Positions 55,757 through 64,000 of a DNA stretch of 64,000 bases are shown here, piece by piece (position 1 is the stretch's first letter; each line of letters opens with the position of its first letter). Origin of the DNA: an uncultured Gammaproteobacteria bacterium (GTDB lineage Bacteria; Patescibacteriota; Patescibacteriia; UBA11705; JABHMO01); the NCBI GenBank assembly GCA_964486065.1, contig CAZAKN010000005.1:60-64059 (forward strand), written 5' to 3'. The notes beneath the pieces are model-generated. The model worked only from the letters and a program-made list of their open reading frames with translations. It was not told the origin of the DNA and made no database searches. Position numbers and translations under genes: made by a program.

Positions 55757-57544
55757 TTATTTACGATAATTTTTATTGCGATCATTTTTTGTTAAATATT
55801 TTTTTCTTAATCTTATGTTTAGTGGAGTTACTTCCAAATATTCATCATCTTTCATAATTCCCAAACCTCTTTCAATGGTAATTTTGAAAGGCGGTGTTAA
55901 GTTTATCGCTTCATCGGATCCGGAAGCTCGCATATTGGTCAGGTGTTTCCCTTTTATGGGATTTACTTCCATATCGTTTCCTTTGGTAACATTTCCAATG
56001 ACCATGCCTTCATAAACATTGGTATTGGCTTCAATAAATAAGGTGCCTCTATTTTGTAAATTGAATAAAGAAAAACCCAAAGCCTTACCAGTAGCCATGG
56101 AAATCATTGAACCTGTGTCGGTTTTTTCAATATGTCCCACATATGGTTTGAAGCCGATCATTCTACTACAGAAAATTCCTTCACCTTTGGTGTCAACAAC
56201 AAATTCCGTGCGATAACCGAGTAAACCGCGGACGGGTATCTCAAATATTATTCTGGAGCGATCATTTTTAGAAGTCATATTTGTTAAAATTCCTTTTCTT
56301 TTTGACATTTTTTCAATAATAGCTCCGGACATATTATCCGGTACATCAATAGTAACTTCTTCAAACGGTTCATGTTTTATTCCATCAATTTCCTTGATAA
56401 TAACATTTGGTTGAGACACTTGAAGTTCATAGCCTTCTCTTCTCATATTTTCAAGTAAGATGGCAATATGCAATTCTCCGCGACCAAGGACTTTATAGTG
56501 GGTTGTTTCATTAAAATCTATTTTTAATCCCACATTAACTTCAAGTTCTTTTTCCAATCTTTCTTTTAATTTACTATTTGTAACATGTTTTCCTTCTCTG
56601 CCCGCAAAAGGAGAATCATTTACAAAAAAATTTAATGAGATAGTCGGTTCGTCAATTGAAATATGAGGTAGCGCTTTTTGTTTTTCGTTTTCGCAAATTG
56701 TTTCTCCAATAAAAATATCAGGTAGTCCGGCAAGCATAACAATTTCTCCTGCTTTTGCTTCGGGAACTTCTTTTCTTTCCAGTCCATGAAAAGTAAAAAG
56801 CTTGGTAATTTTTCCCGTTCTATTTTCGTCATCTTCATTGATGATTGTTAAGAGTTGTCCTTTGGAAATTTTCCCTTCATAAATTCTGCCAACCGCTAAT
56901 CTGCCAAGAAAATTATCATAAGCTAAATTAAAAGGTTGTAATCTGAGTTGTAGGTTTTCTTTTTCCGGAGAAGACGCCGGTTGTACATAGTCTAAAATTG
57001 TATCAAGGATCGGCATGAGATTTTCCCCTTGCTCTTCTTTTTTCTTGGTAGCAATGCCTTCTCTTGCTATTGCATAAAGAGTTGGAAAGTTTAATTGTTC
57101 ATCAGTTGCTTCAAGATCAAGAAAAAGTTCATAGACCATTTCTTCCACTTCTTTTATTCGTGCTGCCGGTTTATCAATTTTATTTATTACAACAATAGGT
57201 TTTAAACCAAGTTCTAAAGATTTTTTTAAAACAAATCTGGTTTGAGGCATGGGACCTTCTTGCGCATCAACAACAAGAAGGACAGAATCAATTGACCTTA
57301 AAACTCGCTCCACCTCAGAACCAAAATCAGCATGGCCGGGAGTATCCACGATATTTATTTTCGTATCTTTATAAATTACGGAAGTGTTTTTTGAATAAAT
57401 GGTAATTCCTCTTTCTTGCTCAAGTTTATCGCTATCCATACTTTGGCCTTCTTCGCACATTCCGGTTTGTTTCATTAAAGCGTCTGTTAAAGTTGTTTTT
57501 CCGTGATCCACATGAGCAATAATCGCGATGTTTCTGATATCCAT
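55757..57544 (-). CDS. typA: Translational GTPase TypA/BipA
   Basis: [38 protein letters not shown]. Confidence 0.96.
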   Translation of the reverse strand: MDIRNIAIIAHVDHGKTTLTDALMKQTGMCEEGQSMDSDKLEQERGITIYSKNTSVIYKDTKINIVDTPGHADFGSEVERVLRSIDSVLLVVDAQEGPMPQTRFVLKKSLELGLKPIVVINKIDKPAARIKEVEEMVYELFLDLEATDEQLNFPTLYAIAREGIATKKKEEQGENLMPILDTILDYVQPASSPEKENLQLRLQPFNLAYDNFLGRLAVGRIYEGKISKGQLLTIINEDDENRTGKITKLFTFHGLERKEVPEAKAGEIVMLAGLPDIFIGETICENEKQKALPHISIDEPTISLNFFVNDSPFAGREGKHVTNSKLKERLEKELEVNVGLKIDFNETTHYKVLGRGELHIAILLENMRREGYELQVSQPNVIIKEIDGIKHEPFEEVTIDVPDNMSGAIIEKMSKRKGILTNMTSKNDRSRIIFEIPVRGLLGYRTEFVVDTKGEGIFCSRMIGFKPYVGHIEKTDTGSMISMATGKALGFSLFNLQNRGTLFIEANTNVYEGMVIGNVTKGNDMEVNPIKGKHLTNMRASGSDEAINLTPPFKITIERGLGIMKDDEYLEVTPLNIRLRKKYLTKNDRNKNYRK

Positions 57545-57615
57545 ATTTAAAAATTTCTAAATTTAGGCTAAATAAGTGGCTTAATAATAATTTTTTTAGA
57601 GTAGAATGTCAAATG

Positions 57616-58887
57616 TTAGCTTCGTTTTTTGCGTCTTCCGGGCCGTTTGTGGCCAGACCTTTTCCAAGAGTTTGTATTAGACCGCTTATTTTTCTTAGAT
57701 GTTTTTGCTGATTTCCACTGGGGACGACCAGAGTGTTTATTTCTATTTCCTTTTCTATCATTAATAAATTTTTCTGGACCACTATTTATAGTAATGGATT
57801 TTTTAATTACTTTTTCTACACTTAACAGTTTAAATTTTTCATCCGGTTCTATAAATGAAATTGCTTTACCATTTTTACCGGCTCTACCGGTTCTCCCAAC
57901 TCTATGTACATAGTCTTCTGAACAGTCTGGTAAGTCAAAATTTATAACAATTGAGATATCATTAATATCTAAACCTCTAGAAGCAACATCTGTAGCTACC
58001 AGAACTTTGAATTTACCTGATTTGAAACCGTTTAATGCATTTTTTCTTTGAGCTAGAGATCTATCAGAATGCATTTCAATTGCAGTAAATCCTTTACATC
58101 TTAACGCGCGTGAAACTTTTTTAGCTTTGTGTTTAGTTCTGGTAAAAACAAGAATACTACCAGAATTTTCTTTTATTGTTTTTTCTAATAAATCCAACTT
58201 ATTTGAAGCAGAAACTATATAAGCTTCTTGTTTAACATTTTTAGCACTTGTACCGGCAGGAGAAACTTCGATTCTGATTGGGTTATTCATGTATTTTTCA
58301 GATAGATTTGAAATTTCTGTTGGCATAGTTGCAGAGAACAGCATAGTTTGTCTTTGTTCGGGAACAGATTTAAGAACTTCCTTGATCTGAGGCATAAACC
58401 CTATATCAAGCATTCTATCAGCTTCATCAAGTACTACAATGCTGATGTTTCTAAGACTTACATTTTTTTGATGTAGATGATCAATCATTCTACCAGGGGT
58501 AGCAATGATAATTGATGGATTTTTTCGTAAGGCTATTTTTTGTGAACGAGAAGACACTCCTCCGATTAAGAGAGCAGTGTTAATTCTAAATCGTCTTCCT
58601 AGGTCGGATAATACTTGATTTACTTGTATGGCTAATTCTCTGGTTGGCAACATTATTAAACATTGGCTTTTATTTTTTCTAATTTGTTCTATAACTGGTA
58701 AACCAAAAGCTAGGGTTTTGCCTGTACCTGTTTGAGCAATCCCTACAATGTCTTTGCCTTCAAGACCAATAGAAATACATTTAGCTTGAATTGGCGTTGG
58801 ATTAATTAAGTTTTGGTTTTTCAAGATCTTTAAAAGATCGATTGAAATACCAAGATCACCAAAAGTGATTGAATCATTTTGCATCAT
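57616..58887 (-). CDS. DEAD-box RNA helicase (RhlE-like)
   Basis: PTPIQ, AQTGTGKT, PTRELA, DEAD, SAT, HRVGRTGR. Confidence 0.95.
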   Translation of the reverse strand: MMQNDSITFGDLGISIDLLKILKNQNLINPTPIQAKCISIGLEGKDIVGIAQTGTGKTLAFGLPVIEQIRKNKSQCLIMLPTRELAIQVNQVLSDLGRRFRINTALLIGGVSSRSQKIALRKNPSIIIATPGRMIDHLHQKNVSLRNISIVVLDEADRMLDIGFMPQIKEVLKSVPEQRQTMLFSATMPTEISNLSEKYMNNPIRIEVSPAGTSAKNVKQEAYIVSASNKLDLLEKTIKENSGSILVFTRTKHKAKKVSRALRCKGFTAIEMHSDRSLAQRKNALNGFKSGKFKVLVATDVASRGLDINDISIVINFDLPDCSEDYVHRVGRTGRAGKNGKAISFIEPDEKFKLLSVEKVIKKSITINSGPEKFINDRKGNRNKHSGRPQWKSAKTSKKNKRSNTNSWKRSGHKRPGRRKKRS

Positions 58888-58990
58888 ATATATTTTCTGT
58901 AACCCGATTTCCGACTAGGTGACAGATATGACACAAAAGTGGTTCGAGTCATTACATTCCGTAAAAGGAATGTAATATGTAATAAGACTT

Positions 58991-59020
58991 AAGTATAGAA
59001 CAAAAATATGGCATTGTCAA
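58991..59020 (-). promoter_or_regulatory. Sigma70 promoter of the DEAD-box gene, giving a leader of about 95 nt
   Basis: TTGACA-17-TATACT on minus strand. Confidence 0.65.
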
Positions 59021-59074
59021 TACATAGCTTTTTATAGATTGACCTGATTTTTATTAACATTATAATAGGTATGT

Positions 59075-60832
59075 ATGTCATTGTTGTTGCAAGTGAATAA
59101 AGTCTCAAGATCATATAATCAGCAGGTCGTTTTGGATCAAGCGAGTTTTACTGTTGGTTCAAAACAAAAGATAGCGGTAATTGGACGAAACGGTACCGGT
59201 AAAACAACTTTGTTTAAAATTATAACCGGACAGGAAAAGGCGGATGACGGAGAAATAATTTTTGGCCAAGATCTGCTTATAGGCTATTTAAAACAAGAGT
59301 CTGATTTTCGAGAAGAAGATACTGTTTTATCATATTTAATGAGAGAAAGTGATAAGGAGGAATGGGAATGTTCTAAAATTGTTTCTCAATTTGAACTTAA
59401 AAATGAAAAGTTGAATGAGCAAATAAAAAGTTTGTCTGGAGGATACCAGATGAGGGTGAAATTGAGTTTGATGTTATTAAAGAATCCTAATTTAATATTA
59501 CTTGATGAACCAACTAATTATCTTGATCTAAGTACGATGTTGTTATTGGAAAAATTTTTAATTAATTATCGCGGTGCGTATTTAATCATTTCTCATGATA
59601 GGAAATTTATCGGAAATACTTGCAATGAAATAATTGAACTTGAAAGAGGTAAGGCTCATTATTTTCCCAATACATTGGAACATTATTTTGCGCATAAAAA
59701 GGAAAAATTGGAGGGAGCGGAAAAATTCAATAAAAAACAAGAAAGAAGAAAGCAACATTTACAGAAATTCATTGATAGATTTGGCGCTAAGGCGACTAAA
59801 GCAAAACAAGCAAAATCAAAAGAAAAACAAATTGAAAAAATAGAAAAAATTAGCATTGGGCAACCTCTGTCAATGGTGCGTATGCGGATTAAAGATGCGA
59901 AAACCGACAATGGTTTTGCTTGGCGATTAGATAAATTGGCCATAGGTTATGGGGAAAAAGTTATTGCGGATGATATTTGCATTGATATTGAAAGAGCTTC
60001 TCGTTTTGCCGTCCTTGGTGATAATGGTCAAGGGAAGAGTACTTTTTTGAGAACTCTAGCCGAAGAAATCCCAATCATTGCCGGTAAATATAAAAAGTTG
60101 GCGAATCTAAAAGTAGCTTATTATGCGCAACATGTTGCGGAAAATTTAAATAACAAAGAAACTGTAAAACAACATTTGGAGCGATCCGCGGATTTTAATT
60201 ATACTGATGAAGATATTTTTAAAATGGCTGGAAATTTTCTTTTCCATGATGATGATTTGGAAAAACCAATATACATTTTGTCCGGCGGAGAAAAAGCAAG
60301 ATTGTGTTTAGCCGGTATTTTATTAAACCAAAATGATGTTTTACTTTTGGACGAACCAACCAATCATCTTGATTTTGAAACGGTTGAAGTCTTGGCTCGT
60401 TCTTTGGCAAGGACCAATGTTACGATTTTATTCATAAGTCATGATCGGACATTTATTAACCTATTGGCAACGCGCATATTGGAAGTAAAGAATGGCAAGG
60501 TTAAATATTTTAGCGGATATTTTTCAGATTATGTGGAACATTTGACAAAAAAAGAATTAATAACAGAAACAGACAATAATACGAATAATTTTGATTTGGC
60601 AAAAGAACAAAAGCGATTAATTTATGAAAAAGAAAAGGAGATAAAAAGAGAATTGGATAAAATTGAAAAAATGTTGGACAACATCTGTCACGAGCAAGAT
60701 GTTTTATTGATAAAATTTGAAAATAATCCCATCAATCCGAAAATTGAATGGGGGAAACGATTAAAAGAATTGGATGAAAAAAAACAAGAGCTTGAGGAAC
60801 AGTGGTTGGAGATAAGTAAAAAGATAGTATAA
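59075..60832 (+). CDS. ABC-F family ATPase
   Basis: Two ABC domains (GRNGTGKT/LSGG/LDEPTN; GDNGQGKS/LSGGE/LDEPTN), no TM. Confidence 0.92.
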   Translation: MSLLLQVNKVSRSYNQQVVLDQASFTVGSKQKIAVIGRNGTGKTTLFKIITGQEKADDGEIIFGQDLLIGYLKQESDFREEDTVLSYLMRESDKEEWECSKIVSQFELKNEKLNEQIKSLSGGYQMRVKLSLMLLKNPNLILLDEPTNYLDLSTMLLLEKFLINYRGAYLIISHDRKFIGNTCNEIIELERGKAHYFPNTLEHYFAHKKEKLEGAEKFNKKQERRKQHLQKFIDRFGAKATKAKQAKSKEKQIEKIEKISIGQPLSMVRMRIKDAKTDNGFAWRLDKLAIGYGEKVIADDICIDIERASRFAVLGDNGQGKSTFLRTLAEEIPIIAGKYKKLANLKVAYYAQHVAENLNNKETVKQHLERSADFNYTDEDIFKMAGNFLFHDDDLEKPIYILSGGEKARLCLAGILLNQNDVLLLDEPTNHLDFETVEVLARSLARTNVTILFISHDRTFINLLATRILEVKNGKVKYFSGYFSDYVEHLTKKELITETDNNTNNFDLAKEQKRLIYEKEKEIKRELDKIEKMLDNICHEQDVLLIKFENNPINPKIEWGKRLKELDEKKQELEEQWLEISKKIV

Positions 60833-60839
60833 TATAAGT

Positions 60840-62078
60840 ATGATAAAAAAATATAATTTAGCGGTAATCGGTGGCGGTCCTGCCGGAATGATAGCGTCGG
60901 GAAGAGCTGGGACAAATGGTTTCGGTGTTGTTTTGCTTGAGAAGAATGATCGTTTGGGTGTTAAATTATCAATTACAGGTAAAGGAAGGTGTAACATTAC
61001 AAATGCGGAAGAAAATTTGCGAAAAATGATAGAGGCATATGGAAAAAATGGTAAATTTTTGTTTTCAGTATATAATTATTTTTCAAATTCAGATGTAATT
61101 GATTTTTTTGAAGAAAGAGATCTTAAGACAAAAGTTGAAAGAGGGGGTAGGGTTTTTCCTGTGTCAGATAAATCAGTTGATGTGCTGAATTGTTTAATTA
61201 AGTATTTAAAAAAAGGAAAAGTACAAGTCCAAACTAAGACGGAAGTTAAGAAAATTGTTTTGAAGAAAAATAAAATTGAGAAAATAATTTTAACAAATAA
61301 TCAGGAAATTATTGCAGATAATTATTTGATAGCAACCGGAGGTAAGTCTTATCCCGTAACGGGATCAACCGGCGATGCTTATAAATGGTTACAAGAATTG
61401 GGGCATGCTATTGTTCCTCCGAAGGCTGTATTAACGCCAATAATCGTAAAGCAAGATTTTGTTAAAAGGCTGGAAGGATTAAGTTTGAAAAATGTGGAAA
61501 TAAGTTTGTGGGGAAAGAAAAAAATAGCTTCTAAGTTCGGCGAAGCAATTTTTACGGCTAATGGTTTAAGTGGGCCGATTATTTTGGATCTTAGTAAAAT
61601 TGCGCGCGAGTCAAAAGAAAAAGATATGAAAATTAATATTGATTTTAAACCGGCTCTTGATTATTCTGTTTTGGATAAACGATTATTAAAAGATTTTGAA
61701 GAATATAAAAATAAGAAATTTATAAATAGTTTGGATAAATTATTGCCGAAAAAAATAATTCCAATCATTGTCAAATTATCCGGTGTGGATGGAGCAAAAA
61801 AAGTTTGTGATATTACTAAACAGGAGCGTAAAAAAATAGTAAAATTATTAAAGCAATTTGAATTAAGTTATGAAAAAAATGCCGGATTTGAAAAAGCGAT
61901 CGTTACGGCCGGTGGGGTGAGTTTAAATGAAATTGATCCAAAAACCATGAAATCAAAAATAATTGAAAATTTATATTTTGCGGGAGAAGTTATTGATTTA
62001 GATGGTCCAACCGGTGGATATAATTTACAAGTGGCTTGGAGTACCGGCTACTTGGCGGGTGATAATATGTTCAATTAA
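60840..62078 (+). CDS. HI0933/BaiN family flavoprotein
   Basis: IGGGPAG, KLSITGKGRCNITN, ATGG.SYP.TGS.GD, GPTGGYNLQ. Confidence 0.92.
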   Translation: MIKKYNLAVIGGGPAGMIASGRAGTNGFGVVLLEKNDRLGVKLSITGKGRCNITNAEENLRKMIEAYGKNGKFLFSVYNYFSNSDVIDFFEERDLKTKVERGGRVFPVSDKSVDVLNCLIKYLKKGKVQVQTKTEVKKIVLKKNKIEKIILTNNQEIIADNYLIATGGKSYPVTGSTGDAYKWLQELGHAIVPPKAVLTPIIVKQDFVKRLEGLSLKNVEISLWGKKKIASKFGEAIFTANGLSGPIILDLSKIARESKEKDMKINIDFKPALDYSVLDKRLLKDFEEYKNKKFINSLDKLLPKKIIPIIVKLSGVDGAKKVCDITKQERKKIVKLLKQFELSYEKNAGFEKAIVTAGGVSLNEIDPKTMKSKIIENLYFAGEVIDLDGPTGGYNLQVAWSTGYLAGDNMFN

Positions 62079-62085
62079 TTTTTTT

Positions 62086-62117
62086 AAAACCCGCTACCGA
62101 AAGGTAGCGGGTTTTTT
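62086..62117 (+). terminator. Intrinsic terminator
   Basis: AAAACCCGCTACC-gaaa-GGTAGCGGGTTTTTT. Confidence 0.85.
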
Positions 62118-62212
62118 ATGGAGTTCTAAGTCAATACAAAATTTTACAAAGAAAAAACGCTAAGTTAGTAAATAAGTTAGCGTTTTTCTATGGAGTTTTT
62201 TAGTATGGGAAG

Positions 62213-62800
62213 TTAGGATTTACTTTTTATCGCAATAGCCTCCATTCCGACCTTGCCCTTCCAATATTTGAAGTGAACTATTCTAAATCCATTTTTTCTA
62301 AGTAATTCCTCAAAAGTTTTTTTGGTTATCATTTTTCTAGTAGATCCTCGTAATTCATACTCATAATCTTTTCTTTTATCTGATGGTGTAGCAGTAATAT
62401 AAAGGATTCCTCCTGGTTTAAGAAGAGAGTATATTTTTTTAATAACTGCTGATGATTCTTTGAGTGGGATATATTTAAAAGCTTTTGAGAACCAAACACC
62501 GTCAAATTTTCGTTTAGATGAAAAAGCTTTGATTGAAGATTGTTTAAAAGTAGTATTTGGGTGTTTTGCCTTTTTCTTAGCCAACTTAATAATTTCAGCG
62601 GTGATATCAATTCCCAGTATGTTGTGACCCTTTTTAGCAAGGAATAATGAGTCTTGTCCTCCACCACAGGCAAGATCTAGGATTGAAGATTGAGAAGGAA
62701 GGTGTTTTAAAAATTTGTTTAAACCTGGTACATTATACATCTCTTTGTAGCTTTCATTAACAAATTTTACAACTTCTTTTTGGGGAAATTTAAAAGTCAT
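62213..62800 (-). CDS. Class I SAM-dependent methyltransferase
   Basis: ILDLACGGG, FDGV, LLKPGG. Confidence 0.88.
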   Translation of the reverse strand: MTFKFPQKEVVKFVNESYKEMYNVPGLNKFLKHLPSQSSILDLACGGGQDSLFLAKKGHNILGIDITAEIIKLAKKKAKHPNTTFKQSSIKAFSSKRKFDGVWFSKAFKYIPLKESSAVIKKIYSLLKPGGILYITATPSDKRKDYEYELRGSTRKMITKKTFEELLRKNGFRIVHFKYWKGKVGMEAIAIKSKS

Positions 62801-62901
62801 AAAAGATTATTATTAATATTTGTATATGTTGATTATATCATAAAGTTCTAACTTGCTTTAGGGGTAAAGAAAAAAACAGCTAAAATAAGCTGTTCTTTTC
62901 C

Positions 62902-62976
62902 TGGAGCGGGTAAGGGGGATCGAACCCCTATCATCTGCTTGGAAGGCAGAGATAATAGCCATTATACGATACCCGC
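62902..62976 (-). tRNA. tRNA-Gly (TCC)
   Basis: GCGGGTATCGTATAATGG..CTTCCAA..GGTTCGATCCC..TCCA. Confidence 0.95.
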
Positions 62977-62977
62977 A

Positions 62978-63054
62978 TGGTGGGCGCGGGAGGAATTGAA
63001 CCTCCGACCTCTACATTATCAGTGTAGCGCTCTAACCAACTGAGCTACGCGCCC
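62978..63054 (-). tRNA. tRNA-Ile (GAT)
   Basis: GGGCGCGTAGCTCAG..CTGATAA..GGTTCAATTCC..ACCA. Confidence 0.96.
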
Positions 63055-63156
63055 TGAATTATTTACTGTTCAAATTTAGATTATTATATTTATTGCGCAC
63101 TGTTTAGAATCTAGATTGTATGGTTTGCCATGAATTTGAGCAATGTGACTATTGCA

Positions 63157-63233
63157 TGGTCGGGGCGGAGGGACTCGAACCCTCGACCTCATGCTCCCAA
63201 AGCACGCACGCTAGCCAACTGCGCCACGCCCCG
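63157..63233 (-). tRNA. tRNA-Pro (TGG)
   Basis: CGGGGCGTGGCGCAG..TTTGGGA..GGTTCGAGTCCC..ACCA. Confidence 0.96.
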
Positions 63234-63357
63234 AAGTTAGTATTTTCTTGGTTCATTCGACTTCGGGACAAGCCTTTTGTTATGGCTTGATGAATGTTGA
63301 GCTTAAACGCCGAATGTTTTCCGATATATCATTAATTTATGCGAAGCAAAGATTTCA

Positions 63358-63432
<75 letters not shown>

Positions 63433-63484
63433 TGATATTATTACCAGAAATTAATTGCCAATTTTGAGATTCGTAACTAGTTTC

Positions 63485-63561
63485 TGGTGGGTCCTCTGGG
63501 ATTCGAACCCAGGACGCCCAGCTTAAAAGGCTGGCGCTCTAACCGACTGAGCTAAGGACCC
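63485..63561 (-). tRNA. tRNA-Lys (TTT)
   Basis: GGGTCCTTAGCTCAG..CTTTTAA..GGTTCGAATCCC..ACCA. Confidence 0.96.
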
Positions 63562-63663
63562 TTGAGTTACAGATTTTGTTTAAGTTCGGGGTGAACCTAT
63601 TATTCAAACAAAGTTGCATGGTTTACCAAGTACCGGTAGCCGACAAAATCGGCAAACGGTACC

Positions 63664-63740
63664 TGGTGGGTGACAAGGGATTCGAACCCCTGACCCCTTC
63701 GGTGTAAACGAAGTGCTCTAACCAGCTGAGCTAGTCACCC
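63664..63740 (-). tRNA. tRNA-Val (TAC)
   Basis: GGGTGACTAGCTCAG..TTTACAC..GGTTCGAATCCC..ACCA. Confidence 0.96.
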
Positions 63741-63766
63741 ATGAATAATTATAAAAATGTATGCTT

Positions 63767-63795
63767 AGTATAGCAAGGAAAATATTAATTTTCAA
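63767..63795 (-). promoter_or_regulatory. Promoter of the six-tRNA operon
   Basis: TTGAAA-17-TATACT with TG extension. Confidence 0.7.
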
Positions 63796-64000
63796 GTGTT
63801 TTTGTGCGTTAAATATGGAAAAATTATAACAAAAGCAAAATCGATTTGCAAGGATGAAAAGATAATAAAATAAAAAATTCGGCATAAAGCCGAATTTTTA
63901 TATTTAACAACAAAGCAGTAATGGAAAGAGCTTGAAACTGTTCAGAATGAACAGATCATCGACCGATTATTGATAGAAAATTAACGAGAATCCTATCAAA

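Noticed and set aside
682-62673. Numerous 60-200 aa ORFs nested in or antisense to annotated genes
   Set aside because: No motifs or start signals; expected shadow frames.
62086-62910. Integrated element at tRNA-Gly(TCC)
   Set aside because: No integrase and no duplicated tRNA 3' end found by eye.
63630-63663. Separate ncRNA between tRNA-Val and tRNA-Lys
   Set aside because: The GTACCG..GCCGA-caaaa-TCGGC..CGGTAC hairpin is explained as a pre-tRNA spacer structure.

Overview
Low-GC bacterial chromosomal window spanning the replication origin (dnaN-oriC-dnaA-rpmH...rnpA-yidD). Gene content points to a Patescibacteria/CPR (Parcubacteria/ABY1-like) organism using genetic code 11: SD-less core genes, a tandem array of 9 VirB2/TrbC-like pilins, FG-GAP L,D-transpeptidase, SpoIID and LamG surface proteins, and bifunctional PGI/PMI. 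This taxonomy is inferred. The window also holds ruvB, yebC-ruvC, smc, typA, cmk, galU, a flippase-GT4-O-antigen-ligase trio, PBP1A and 8 tRNAs. Most notable: (1) about ten small orphan genes, each built as a stand-alone promoter + Shine-Dalgarno + terminator unit, in a genome whose conserved genes have no SD; two encode HTH regulators, one PilR-like; (2) a 7TM/PKD + ATP-grasp-retropepsin fusion + two more ATP-grasps + PBP1A operon; (3) a tandem double-GGDEF protein with large intradomain insertions wedged between rpmH and rnpA; (4) a galU-SBP-9-pilin operon with a 49-bp identical tract between two pilins. No CRISPR, integrase, transposase or prophage was recognised. All calls are from motif recognition by eye; no searches were run.
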